Assembly: GCF_001194135.2 (NCBI RefSeq)
Contig: NC_068994.1
Span: 47,173,354 to 47,213,150 of the forward strand
Origin: Octopus bimaculoides
Lineage: Eukaryota
Reading direction: 5' to 3'
DNA length: 39,797 nucleotides
In this document: piece by piece, positions 1 through 10,985 of the stretch
How the letters are laid out: each line of letters starts with the position of its first letter
Position numbering within the stretch: position 1 is the stretch's first letter
The notes under the pieces: generated by a model
The model's input: the letters and a program-made list of their open reading frames with translations, nothing else
Databases searched by the model: none
Told to the model about the DNA's origin: nothing
Program-made: the position numbers and the translations under genes

Positions 1-27
1 AAAACTATATATATATATATATATATT

Positions 28-485
28 TGTCTTCTCTACATCTTACTCTGTTTTCTCTTTCTTCTTGGTTTCTTCATCTGCTGTCCAATTCTTCTTGATT
101 CTTCTGCCTGCCTCCCATTTGTCTTCTGTCTCTTCCTTCTGCCTGCTCTTCCTCCTTCTGCTTCTGTCTGCCTCCCCCTTTCACTTCTGTTTGCTTCTCC
201 TGCCACCCCTTCTATTTGCTCTCCTCTTGCCTCCCCCTTTCACTTCTGTTCCTTCTGCTTCTGTCTCCCCCTTCTGCTTCTGCCTGTCTTCTTTCTGCCT
301 CCCCCTTCTGCTTCTGTCTGCTCCTCCTCCTGCTTCTACCTGTCTTCTTTCTGCCTCCCCCTTCTGCTTCTGTCTCCTCCTCCTTTTACTTCTATCTGCT
401 TCTTTTTGTCTCCTCCTCCTCCTCCTCCTTTTGCTTCTATCTGCTTCTTTTTCTGTCTCCTCCTCCTTTTTCATTTTCTTCTTGT
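28..485. repeat. Pyrimidine-rich degenerate minisatellite (CTTCTG / CCCCCTTCTGCTTCTGT units)
   Basis: Directly visible tandem low-complexity units. Confidence 0.9.
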
Positions 486-595
486 AGTAAGGGAGTGAGC
501 CCCATTATATCTAATCTATTACATTATATATTGTAACCCATTGTTATGACATGGTAGCTCTACATTTCATTGTTTCTTTTTTCCCATCGTTCTAG

Positions 596-655
596 AATGG
601 TGAAAGTGTAATGGTGGACGTAGCAACAGGCAAAAGTGGCCATAATTCAGAATCA
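596..655 (+). CDS. SPPL2: SPPL2-type intramembrane protease, internal exon (NGESVMVDVATGKSGHNSES); upstream exons lie outside the window
   Basis: Pyrimidine tract + TAG acceptor (593-595), TCA|GTAAGT donor, 60 nt phase 0/0. Peptide matches the NGESIMVEVA segment that follows the YD motif in SPPL2A/B. Confidence 0.9.
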
Positions 656-1426
656 GTAAGTACAAGACGCTACACTTTCAAGGATTTTTTTTTTGTAGCT
701 GTTTCTTTTCTACATTTATTTTCAGGCAACTCAGTTTTTGTTTTCAGAGAACTTTCTATTGATTTGTAAATATTCCATTCCAGGCAAGAATTTTAATTAA
801 ATTCTAAGACGACTGCTATTTCTAAATTACACATGAAAGTATCAGTATAAGGTTTTTATAGCTGGGTTTCTAAAAGCATGATAAAGAGTTCAAATTCTCA
901 CTACAACCACTGTGTTGTTCTTTGGCCAGACATATAGTTGTTTTTGTGTTTGCCTGACTGATATAAAACTGGTTCTACTTGCTAGCTCACAGGTGAGTGG
1001 TTAGCAATAGAGACGTTCCCTTCAACTGTAAAAACTGTTGTTCCAAACACATCATTCCATCTACTCTAGAATAGAATAATGGAACAAGTATGTTGGTATA
1101 ATGGATTATTGGATATATAACTAACAGTTATGAAATGAAGGATATTTTGCACAATTTTTAAATACCGAATTATCCCTGATTGAACAAAGGTGTTCCAGTC
1201 ATGACCATCCTGTCCTATTGTGCATTTCATTACCTAAAACTACATTATGTCCTTCCTTTTTCAAACAGTAGGGTGTGATCTGAGGAAGACTTGGCTGCTA
1301 TTTTGAGAAGGGTAAGCTATTATGTAGATTCCTTTCCAGTGGCTCAGTGGATGTAAAATAGGTTTTTTTGGGGGGTTTTTTATTTTTTTATTTTTAAATG
1401 TCTAAAATATAAGGTGACTCATCATC

Positions 1427-1639
1427 CTTTCTACTAAAGACACGAGACCTAAAATTTTGGGGACGGGGCTTAGTCAATTACATCTACCCCAGTATTTCAC
1501 TGGCACTTAATTTATCGACCCCGAAAGGACGAAAGGCAAAGTTGACCTCAGTAGAACTTGAACTCAGAATGTAGTGACAGGCAAAATACTACTAAGCATT
1601 TCGTCCGGTGTGCTAATGATTCTGCCAGCTCACCGCCTT
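1427..1639 (-). mobile_element. tRNA-derived SINE, family A (GGCGGTGAGCTGGCAGAA head)
   Basis: Alignable to copies at 25.4-27.0 kb and 35295-35472; shared GCCTTTCRTCCTTTCGGGGTCGATAAA domain. Confidence 0.85.
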
Positions 1640-1944
1640 AACCATCATGATAATAAGGCAAAATTTATTAAGACTGTTAACCTTACCTTCTCAGATCATA
1701 ACTTCTCGTGGTAATGGTCGTGGCGGCAGTGGTGGTGGTGAATAAGAAGTGTCAAAAACTTCATTTCTCTTCACCCCTCCCCCCATCCCAAGGTCTACTT
1801 ACGGAGAAGCGATACAAAAAGATGACAGTGATGAATCAACAGAAGACATGTAAATGCCAAGTTAATTTAAAGAGGTTTATCGCTTTTACATTTCAAACTA
1901 TCTATAAACATATAGCACAAATACATAGTGACGATCCTGTCTAT

Positions 1945-1952
1945 TTTCTCTT

Positions 1953-1985
<33 letters not shown>

Positions 1986-2290
1986 TTTGTACCATCCCCC
2001 TCTCTGTCTTTTTTCTTGTACCACCCCTCTTTGCTGCCTTTTCTCCCTCTCTCTCCTTTTTTGTACCACCCTCTCTCACTTTGCCTACTTTCTCCTTTTT
2101 GTACCACCTTTCTCTCTATCTCTCTTTTTGCCTCCTTTCTCCTCTCTCCTCTTTTGTACCACCCTCTCTCACTTTGCCTACTTTCTCCTTTTTGTACCAC
2201 CTTTCTCTCTCTCTCTTTTCCTCCTTTCTCCTCTCTCCTCTTTTGTACCACCCTCTCTCTCTCTCCCCCTCTCTCCTTTAGTTGGATTCT
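1945..2290. repeat. CT-rich higher-order repeat, 93-bp period with TTTTGTACCACC subunits
   Basis: TTGTACCACCCTCTCTCACTTTGCC recurs at 2061 and 2154. Confidence 0.9.
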
Positions 2291-3458
2291 CTTTCACTTT
2301 ATTTTAACTTATTTACCTCTTGTCATTTCTTTGTTTTCCATTCTGTTTCCCAGAACTGTGGAATCACTGCATATCAGTACTTTATTCATCTGTCCTTTCA
2401 TGGGGCCCTCAAAACTCCTCCGTGTGTGTGTGGTGGGTTTAAGTAACAAGTGATTAAGATCCAGCTTGGATGCAAGTAATATTTCTCACAACTGCTATTG
2501 CTCTTAAGAGTATTTTGTATCATCTTTGGGTATCTACTAATACCTTGGAAGATTGGGCTATTGAGCATTAAATAACCTCATCATTATCATTACATTCATC
2601 ACCAATTCCAACTAGAACTAACCTCTTGAAAATTAAATGTTTTTGCCTTGGGGCACCTACTTAAGGCTAGGTGGACTGGGCTGTAGGACAGTTAAACAAC
2701 ATGGTTATGGACACAAGTTGATGATTCTGGGCCTGAATATTTGATGATTTTATACAATACTCAAATATGTTCTACATTAGATTATTTGCTTTTTTTTAAA
2801 AATATTTATTCGCATTATATTTGCCTTTTTCAGCAATATACTTCTTTTCTCACACAAGTTATGTTTTTCTTCAACACATGCCATACTTTCCTTTTCCACA
2901 CACACACACACACACTAAACATGCCTTCTTCAATGCACCTCATACAAGCTTTCAGTGATAATCTAACTACAGTAATCTATTATGGCATATGGATTATACT
3001 TTTTCAGGCTTTTCTCCTCATCTTTACAATTTGATATATCCTTTGATATTTACACCCTACATTTCAATCAGTTTGTTCTCCAGTCATAAGTGTCTTATCC
3101 CTAGATAGATGGTATTGTGCAAGACTTGAACTAAAAACATTTACAGTGGAACCATGGTTTAGAAATTTAATTCATTCCTGAAGGCCATTTGTCATCTGAA
3201 ATGTTTAGAAATCAAAACAAATTTTCCCATAGGAAATTCAAGAGAAACCACAGCAAATTCAAGCAGGAATGTGTACTGAGTGGAAACTAGACTACAACTG
3301 ATACTCTCTTGCTGGTATGCCCACTTACCACCAACTATTGTGTATTCATTACTCAAGACACTGTTCGTCACAACAAGACATTTTATTCAAAAAATCGTTT
3401 GTAAACCAAGGTTCCACTATATTTCTGAAGACAAGATTTATCATCTGAAAGCTTAAAA

Positions 3459-3773
3459 GTAAAAGACCCCCTTTGGTCATGAATGACCATAGGATTGCAT
3501 CCAGAAAGTTCCCCTTCAAGATACAAGTCGAGGCAAGGTTGCTTATGGAAGACCAGCAGTCACCCATGCATACCAGCCACTGATGTTATCCAAGGCAAAG
3601 GCAAAGGCTGATACAGCTTGGCACCAGTGACATCGCAACTCATTTCTACAGCTGAGTGAACTGGAGCAACATGAAATAATGTGTCTTGCTCAAGAACACA
3701 ACACTCCTCCCAGTCTGGGTATCAAACTCACTACCTCATGATTGTAAGCCCAACATCCTAACTACTGAGCTAC
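3459..3773 (-). mobile_element. CORE-like tRNA SINE, family C
   Basis: Reverse complement aligns along its full length with 22690-23017 and 32052-32300. Confidence 0.85.
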
Positions 3774-4048
3774 TAATAACAGCTCATTTCTCAGATATTT
3801 ACACATTTAACTCTGCAAGTTTTCATTTCCCTTTGAAAAAGACCAATGGCAGTCTCTCTTTTTTTCTCTCTCTCTCTCTCTCCAAAATATACCATCTTCT
3901 GCATTTCTCTGTTTAAAAAAAAAAAATATTTTTGAGATGTATAGAGACAAGCAACAGAGAATTACCTGCAAGTTCTGCACTTACTCGTATACGTGAATGT
4001 TTGTCTCAAAAATAAACCCGCTGTGATTTTTATTTCTGTTTTTGTTAG

Positions 4049-4123
4049 GATGCCAGTAACAGTATGCCTCGGTCCTTAAATGTACCAGACAATAAAAAAG
4101 ATGTAAGCTCAACTAGGGAAGTT
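4049..4123 (+). CDS. SPPL2: Candidate SPPL2 cassette exon (DASNSMPRSLNVPDNKKDVSSTREV); alternative donor gives 4049-4102
   Basis: T-rich tract + TAG acceptor; two GTAAG donors (4103, 4124) giving 54 or 75 nt, both open in phase 0. No homology support. Confidence 0.45.
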
Positions 4124-5179
4124 GTAAGTATTTCTTGCACCCAGTAACCTTGGTTCTTGTGTTCCTTCATGTAGGTTGCATTAATTTAATAGGATTTTTC
4201 ACACATACAACCCTGCACAGCTTCTTTCAAATTTCTTTTCTCTAACATTCTTATCTAATGTGGTGCATTGGCAGAACCATTTGGGCATCAAACAAAAACA
4301 CCTGCAGTATTTAGTTATGACACTGTTCTGAATTCAAAGCCTGACTAGATCAACTTTCATCCTTCTGCAGTTGAGAAAAGTAAGTACCAGGCACATAATG
4401 AGGTTGATTTTGATATTCTTATAAGGCATTCTGGATGGAAATGGAATTGTAACACTGTGGAACAGAATAAAAAATTTTTTTTTTTTTTTTTGGTCTTTGG
4501 TCAGTAAGTGTTATTTCCAATTTGCTTCTATCTAGAAATCAAAGAAAATGACTACCATTCCCTTCAAACTTTGCTTTTGTGACCTGGATATCAATGTTTT
4601 GAAACTGACCTATTTCCCATTACATTTCAGACAGATTCAGGGCTGAGTTGCTGAAGCAAAAATATTGCTATAGCAAATATTCGGCTCAATACCACAGATT
4701 TGCTTATCAGTTGCTTGATCTTAATCACTTGAGCATGTCCTTTAGTGGCTGACAATATGTGCATCTTTGATCATGAGCAGTAGTAGTGGGGGAGCATCAT
4801 AGTCATGTGTTGAGAGGAATTATTGGGGGTTTGAATAAATGTAACAAAAGCAAAGTTTGAAGGAAATATTAGCCATATTTCATACTTTCTAGGGGTAAAG
4901 GAATAAGAAATAATAGTTGCTACCTAAGGATAAAAATCATGTTACACAGTGTAATATAAACCTCCCTCCAATTTTGTCCCCTAATACACAAAACTGTAAA
5001 TCATCCTTCTAGGATTGATAAGATAAAATTCCAGTCAAGTATTGGGGTCAATTTCATCAACTAACCCCTCCATCACCTGAATCCTTCGATAGAAATCCAC
5101 TATATATTTCTCCTTTCCCAGCTAGAGCAGCCATGTATCTCCTTTACACTCCCTTTATCATACTTTGGCTCCCTCAACA

Positions 5180-5750
5180 CCTGGCACAAAGCCACTTGCC
5201 TCAACACGGCACCCCAACTCAGTTGAAGGTTCTTGTCTTGCAAGTTACTTGGTGGCATCCTTAGTACTGGTGCCACAAAAAAAAAAAGTGCACCTAGTAC
5301 ACTCTGTAATGTGATTGGCATTAGAATGGGCATCCAGCCATAGAAAACATGGCACATTGGAGTTCAGCACAGTTCTCTAGTTTGCTAGATCCTGTTGAAC
5401 CAGCCAGCCTATGACCCACATCAGTATCCAGTCCTTGTTGCAGCATGTTGGCTGATGTGCCTCAGTGATCCTGTGTATCATGTCATTGGAGCACCAGCTC
5501 CTGGTAGAGCCTACTGGACGGGTCAAAAGTTAAGGGTATCCAACTGTAAAAACCATACTAAAACAGACCTCGCCAGTGCTAGTTCCATGTAAAATGCACT
5601 CGGTCCATTCTGTAAGGTGGTTGGTGTTAGGAAGGCCATAGAAGCCATGTCAAAACAGGCAGTGAAACCTGGTGCAGTCTTCTGGCTTTGCCAACTCCTC
5701 TCAAACTGTCCAACCCATGCCGGCATGGAAAATGGACGTTAAATGATGTA
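5180..5750 (+). mobile_element. Two adjacent diverged family B-like copies
   Basis: Two GGGCATCCAGC / GTTAGGAAGG-type domains; ends AAAATGGACGTTAAATGATG. Confidence 0.6.
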
Positions 5751-7149
5751 CCCTTTTACTCTTTCATTAGTTTCAATCATTAAATTGTAGCCATGCTAGG
5801 ATACCATCTTCAAGGGTTTCAGTTGTTAATATCGACCCCTTCTTTCATTAACTTATTTTATTAACCTCACATGGGTGAACAGCAAAGTTGACCATTAACC
5901 TAAGTTTAAAGAACCATAACTAAATCCTATCAGGTATTTTTGTTTAATGTTTTAACCAGTTCTGCCATCCTTTCGCCATAGATAGATAGTTGATAGACTA
6001 ATATAGACGAGTGTATAAATGAAAGTGCACTCAACATGTGATGAAGAGTTTTAATATTGGTATTAGCTTAACTTGAAAATGCATTACTTGAAATTTCACT
6101 GATGTAAAATACCCCTGATGTTTTGTAAGCTCACTTCTGAAGTAACGCATTCTGTCTGAATGATCAAGAATTAGAGGTGGTGGTGGTGGTGGGGGGGGGT
6201 CACATCTATGAAAAATAAAGTAATGCTTCTCAGAGTGTAGCTGATTCCCATCCTAGGTCACCTGAGGAAATGTACGTGTTTTAGGCTATTTAGTTCCCAG
6301 TACACTTACACTCCTACCTCCCCTTCAAACTACCCATTTCTGGCCTTTCTGCTGTCATTGCTCCTTTTCCTAATCCCTTCTTTGGTCTACAAACCTTAGG
6401 TTACTGAGTACTCCAGTTTTGGTGCCACAAGAAAACATCTCACTTTATTCTGTAAAGTGGTTGGTGATAGAAAGGGCATCCAACTGTGGAATTTATAGCC
6501 AAGTGGACTGGAGCAACATGAAATGAAGTGTTTTGCTCAAAAACATAATGTACAGCTGATCATGAGTGCAACTACTTAACCACTAGGCCATACACACTCA
6601 CATTATATAATGTGTCCCCTTTTTGCATGCTGGCATGCATTGGACAGAGCTTCTTCAAGCAGTATTCTGCGGAAGAACGCCCTTCCTGACACCAACATTT
6701 GTCAGTTTAAGTACTTTGATTCAAGAGTTTTCATGGGTTAAGTCACTGAAACACACACACCCACAGACATATGCATGCATACAGCCCTCTGTACAGTTTC
6801 TGCCTATTAAATTTTTCCTACAAGTCATAGGTAGAAGTCACTTGCTCAAGGTGCCTTGCATTGGGATTGTACCTAAAATTACACAACTGCAAAGCAAACT
6901 TTTTAACCACACAGCCAATGTATATATTTTCTCACATACATACACACATAACAAGGCTTTGGTCAACCTGAAGCTAGATGATATGCTTGCCCAATGTTGT
7001 GCTTCGGCACCAAATTTAGGACAATGTGATTGTCAAATGAACTCCTTAATCACAGTCATACCTGTTACCCAAGAAATGAGTTGAAATTGTGTTAGTCAAC
7101 TCTACCCTACATTACTCTTACGCAAATAGTTTGTGCCAAATCCATTTCT

Positions 7150-7320
7150 GAGGTGGTGAATTGGCAGAGCTGTTAGATCATCAGACAGAATGCTTTGCAG
7201 TATTTGTTCTTATTCTATGTGCTCTGAGTTCAAATCCTGCTGAGGTCAATATTGCTTCTCAATCCTTTTGGAATTAAGAATAAGTACCAGTCCAAGGTGC
7301 AACATTGGCTGAGCTGTAAG
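7150..7320 (+). mobile_element. SINE family A, diverged
   Basis: GTGGTGAATTGGCAGAG head, GAGTTCAAATCC B-box, ATAAGTACCAG. Confidence 0.7.
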
Positions 7321-8442
7321 AACATTGGATCAACTGCCTCGTATTATTTATTCCAGCTCTTTGCATTCTGAGCTCAATCCAACCATGACCTACCAAGGTG
7401 GTAGACATAACCCATCACCCAGTTTAACACTACCACTTGACACCTTCAGCATTTTAGCAGAGTGCCCTGTCCAACACCCAGGCCAGCTTTTATCTGGTTT
7501 GAAGTTACTTTTGTCCTTTCCTCCCTCCAGTCTCAGTGACCATATAATGGGGCCTAGGTACTGACGTCTCCCACTGGCTAAAAGAAAAAAAAAATTGTTA
7601 AATAAAATCCTAATTTATTTTTGCATGTGCTTTTTGTTTCGTTAACAATTAATGTGGAACAATGTCTGTGATATTTAACCACAAAGTGATAGTTCTTTTG
7701 TTGTTGTTGTTGTTCTTTTTTTAATACTTCTAGAGCAAAATAGACTGTAGTGCCTTTTACGAACTGAGCTAACAAAATAGGAGCCACCCTTTATTTCATG
7801 GTTAGTTGACTGATTGATTACTTGATAAGAAAGGACGTTGTGAATTCCAGCTTCATCACTTTCCATTGTCGTTAGTTGTATTGTCTGCAAAGAAAACATC
7901 AAGGAACATTGTTTGACTTGTCTCATTCTGTATGGAGGACAAATAGACTGCATTCTTAGAATGTGGTTGTGTTGTTAGGAGTTAAAAAGGCCGTTGTAAA
8001 TTCAAACTTTACTACCTCAACAGTTACTGAGTTAGAAGCTTTTAAGGTACTTTATACCGGTTTCTTTATGATTTTCTCTCTCTCTCTCTCTCTCACATAC
8101 ACACATAAACAATCACAGGTAGAATAGATTTATCATCTTCATCATTTTACATCCACTTTCCCTGGTGTCATAAATTGGATAGATTATCACAGTCCAAATC
8201 ATATCTCATTTAGAGAACCACATCTCACTCCTACAAGAAATGAAAATATGCAGCGGTTTTTGTGGGTTTTTTCATTTTCTTTTTTTTTTTAATGAAAATA
8301 AGGGTTCTTGTGAACATGCAGATTCATCACAATTTTTTTTTAAAGATATACATACTTGGTTTTTTTTTTTGTTTGTTTTTTTTTTTTCTGTTACAATGTA
8401 CACACTATTGGGCTTGCTTTGTTTGCTTAAATCCACTGAAAG

Positions 8443-8451
8443 CTTTGCTGG
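8443..8451 (+). CDS. SPPL2: Candidate 9-nt microexon (LCW in phase 0)
   Basis: 95-nt AG-free T-rich zone, two TGC motifs, AAG acceptor, TGG|GTAAAC donor (moderate). Confidence 0.3.
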
Positions 8452-8631
8452 GTAAACATGCCCTCATTTGAATGACTGCTGCTGGGTGATCAGACTCTTA
8501 GCTGAACACACTATTTTGTGAATGTTTTGTTCGGTGAAGGTTTCTTTTGATGAACATGTTCGGTTAAAGTGAACATTTTGTTATCCAGTGAACAAACTCC
8601 TTTAAGTAAACAAAGCTTTGGATAAGAGATA

Positions 8632-8790
8632 NNNNNNNNNNNNNNNNNNNNNNNNNNNNNNNNNNNNNNNNNNNNNNNNNNNNNNNNNNNNNNNNNNNNN
8701 NNNNNNNNNNNNNNNNNNNNNNNNNNNNNNNNNNNNNNNNNNNNNNNNNNNNNNNNNNNNNNNNNNNNNNNNNNNNNNNNNNNNNNNNNN
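8632..8790. other. Assembly gap (others: 12281-12346, 15827-15836, 29320-29329, 33158-33416)
   Basis: Runs of N; three fall in the long SPPL2 intron and could hide exons. Confidence 1.
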
Positions 8791-8902
8791 CAGAAGAAAC
8801 AGTGTGACTCCCATAATCTTTACAAACCTTCCTAAGTCTGGTGATTAATGCTTAATTTTTTTTTATATAAACTGAGAAATCTGGATGTCAATACATGTGT
8901 GT

Positions 8903-9250
8903 GTGCAGGCATTGCTGTGAGGTTTTGGGTTCAGTCCCACTGCTTGGCACCTTCACTGTCTTTGTGTCTTCTACTATAACCTACCAAAACCTTATAAATG
9001 GATTTGGTAGATAGAAACTGAAAGGTTATTGTGTGTGTGTGTGTGTGTGTAGGTGCAGGCATGGCACTATAGTTAAGAAGCTAGCGTCTCAAGCATGTGC
9101 TCTTGGTTTCAGTCCCACTGTGTGGCACCTTGGGCGAGTGTCTTCTACTATAGCCCCAGAAACTGAAAGCAGCCCATCGTATATGTATGTTTATTATATA
9201 TGTGTGTGCATCTTTTGTCTTGACATCATGTACATGAGCATCACATGATG
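8903..9250 (+). mobile_element. Two tandem family D SINEs joined by (GT)n
   Basis: Both carry GGTTCAGTCCCACTG..GGCACCTT..GTGTCTTCTACTATA. Confidence 0.8.
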
Positions 9251-9609
9251 TTCGTTTACTGTTTTTCCCTGATAAAATATTACCTTACTTGGAAACGGGC
9301 GAGGGTTGGCAACAGGAAAGGTATCCAGCTATAGAACAATATCTGCATCAGCAAATTCTGCTGGCTCATGCAATCCTGGAAAAAGGGACATTAAAATGAT
9401 GATGGAGTGTGTGTGTGTGTGTGGGAGCATGCAGCTTGCTTAGTTTTGCAAAGGTGGCAGTGATGTTGTCATTTCTCCTATCAACAAATCACCCATTTAC
9501 TTTGTGCCTTCGAAGCCAGGTGAAATAAGAAATCCTTTCTTCGAAAAACAAGTATAGGTTAAAAACAGGAAGAGCATCCAGCTGTAAATCAATGCCGCAG
9601 TAACTGACT

Positions 9610-9807
9610 CAGTGGTTCTCAATCTTTTTTTTCGTACCTATGGACCCCTTAGATTTCTGTTTTACTCAGGTGGACACCCCGCCCCATAGCCATCTGATGT
9701 TTTAAAAAATCCTATTTTATAATTAACTATTATTAGGTATTTGCTTAAAATGATTGAAATATTTTGTGTATTGTAGAAGTATAACCAACCCCAGTTGAAA
9801 ACCACTG
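9610..9807. mobile_element. hAT-type MITE
   Basis: CAGTGGTTCTCAA...TTGAAAACCACTG termini; interior similar to 15872-16146; 8-bp flanks match 5/8. Confidence 0.7.
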
Positions 9808-9917
9808 ATCTAACCCATGTAAGCATATAACAAAAAAAAAAAACAACATAATCAAAAACTTACATGTATATAACTGAAAAAATTTGGAGTCGAATATAAC
9901 TAATGTGTGTATATATA

Positions 9918-10243
9918 TGTAGTGAAACTACCTATCGCCATTAGATACAAAACTGCTATCGTGTGGTACACGGAACAGATCTCAAAGAGAAACTGAACCG
10001 AGACAAATTTGCCGCTGAATTAATGCTACTTTTATAGTTGATAATAGGCTCACCAGACAACAGAAAAATACTCTATCACGTGACCTTATTAGGGGCTGTG
10101 ATTGGTCAGTTTGCGTTCTGGCGGGAACGGTTCGAAGAAGTTGCCGATTCGAATAATGATCAGTCACGTGATGACAAGGTTGATGTTTTCCGTTACGCCC
10201 GTGCTTGTTTATATTTAAATGAGAAGAATGGCGATAGGTAGTT

Positions 10244-10251
<8 letters not shown>
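9918..10251. mobile_element. MITE with 23-bp perfect TIRs, inserted in a (TA)n tract
   Basis: TAGTGAAACTACCTATCGCCATT (9920-9942) is the exact reverse complement of 10227-10249; CpG-rich interior. Confidence 0.88.
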
Positions 10252-10272
<21 letters not shown>

Positions 10273-10278
<6 letters not shown>

Positions 10279-10410
10279 TCGTTTAACGTCTGTCTTCCAG
10301 GCTAGCATGGGTGGAACAGTGCCACAAGAGCTGGCCAGGCCGAAGCCTGCACCAGACTTCTGTGTCTGTTTTGGCAGGATTTTTACAGCTGGATGCCCTT
10401 CCTAACACCA
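10273..10410 (-). mobile_element. Family B 3' fragment abutting (TA)n
   Basis: CATCGTTTAACGTC...CAGCTGGATGCCCTTCCTAAC. Confidence 0.75.
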
Positions 10411-10633
10411 ATTTATTTATTTATATCTGCTTATATAGTGACTGAAAATTGTCTGCATTTACTAGCGTCTGAATAATTTCCTTTTAATGGGTTATGTCTT
10501 TATAATCCTTCATTTGCATATCTTCATATTTGAATAACCAGGATTATTCTGTTAATGATTGCACTGAGCAATAATTTTTTCTTTCTTTTTTTCTTCTTTC
10601 TAATCCTAACAATGCTTTCCATTTAACAACAAG

Positions 10634-10639
10634 GAACAG
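10634..10639 (+). CDS. SPPL2: Candidate 6-nt microexon GAACAG (EQ)
   Basis: 63-nt AG-free zone, pyrimidine tract, CTAAT/CTAAC branch-like motifs, TGC at -21, perfect CAG|GTAAGT donor. Inclusion yields EQ-LP, like the EKLP of vertebrate SPPL2. Confidence 0.6.
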
Positions 10640-10958
10640 GTAAGTGATATTAACTCCTCTTTGTCTTTCTATTCACTGCAAAATTATAAAAGTTTCTGTC
10701 CTGCACTTTGGTATGTCTTCAAGTGTTTAAAAATTAAATTATAGCAACAATAACATTAAGTGGCTCTAGTTCTGTTGCTTTCTGTTGATCTGCTGATATT
10801 TTGGCATGCAGTGAAGGCTACTTTTATCGGTGTCATCGTTCAGAGCTGAAGATTTCTTTTGTCCATTAAACAAAACAAATATTTGTCTCAGCGTTTGAGG
10901 GAATCATCAGTTTCTGCTTTTTTCTGTCTTTTTTCTGCTTTTATCCCATTCAAACCAG

Positions 10959-10985
10959 CTGAAACCTACTACCATACTGTTTCAG
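10959..10985 (+). CDS. SPPL2: Candidate 27-nt microexon (LKPTTILFQ in phase 0)
   Basis: 46-nt AG-free pyrimidine tract with two TGC, CAG acceptor, CAG|GTAATT donor, frame-preserving. Confidence 0.4.

Noticed and set aside
65-536. Overlapping ORFs of 97-140 aa
   Set aside because: Translations of a CT-rich minisatellite (Leu/Ser/Phe or Arg/Glu/Lys runs).
986-992. 7-nt microexon-like TAG|CTCACAG|GTGAGT
   Set aside because: Frame-shifting and appears embedded in repeat-like sequence; no support beyond the splice dinucleotides.
1867-2453. Several long ORFs on both strands
   Set aside because: Stop-poor simple repeat.
4498-4510. TCA|GTAAGT donor-like site
   Set aside because: No plausible acceptor or open exon upstream; it follows a poly-T run.
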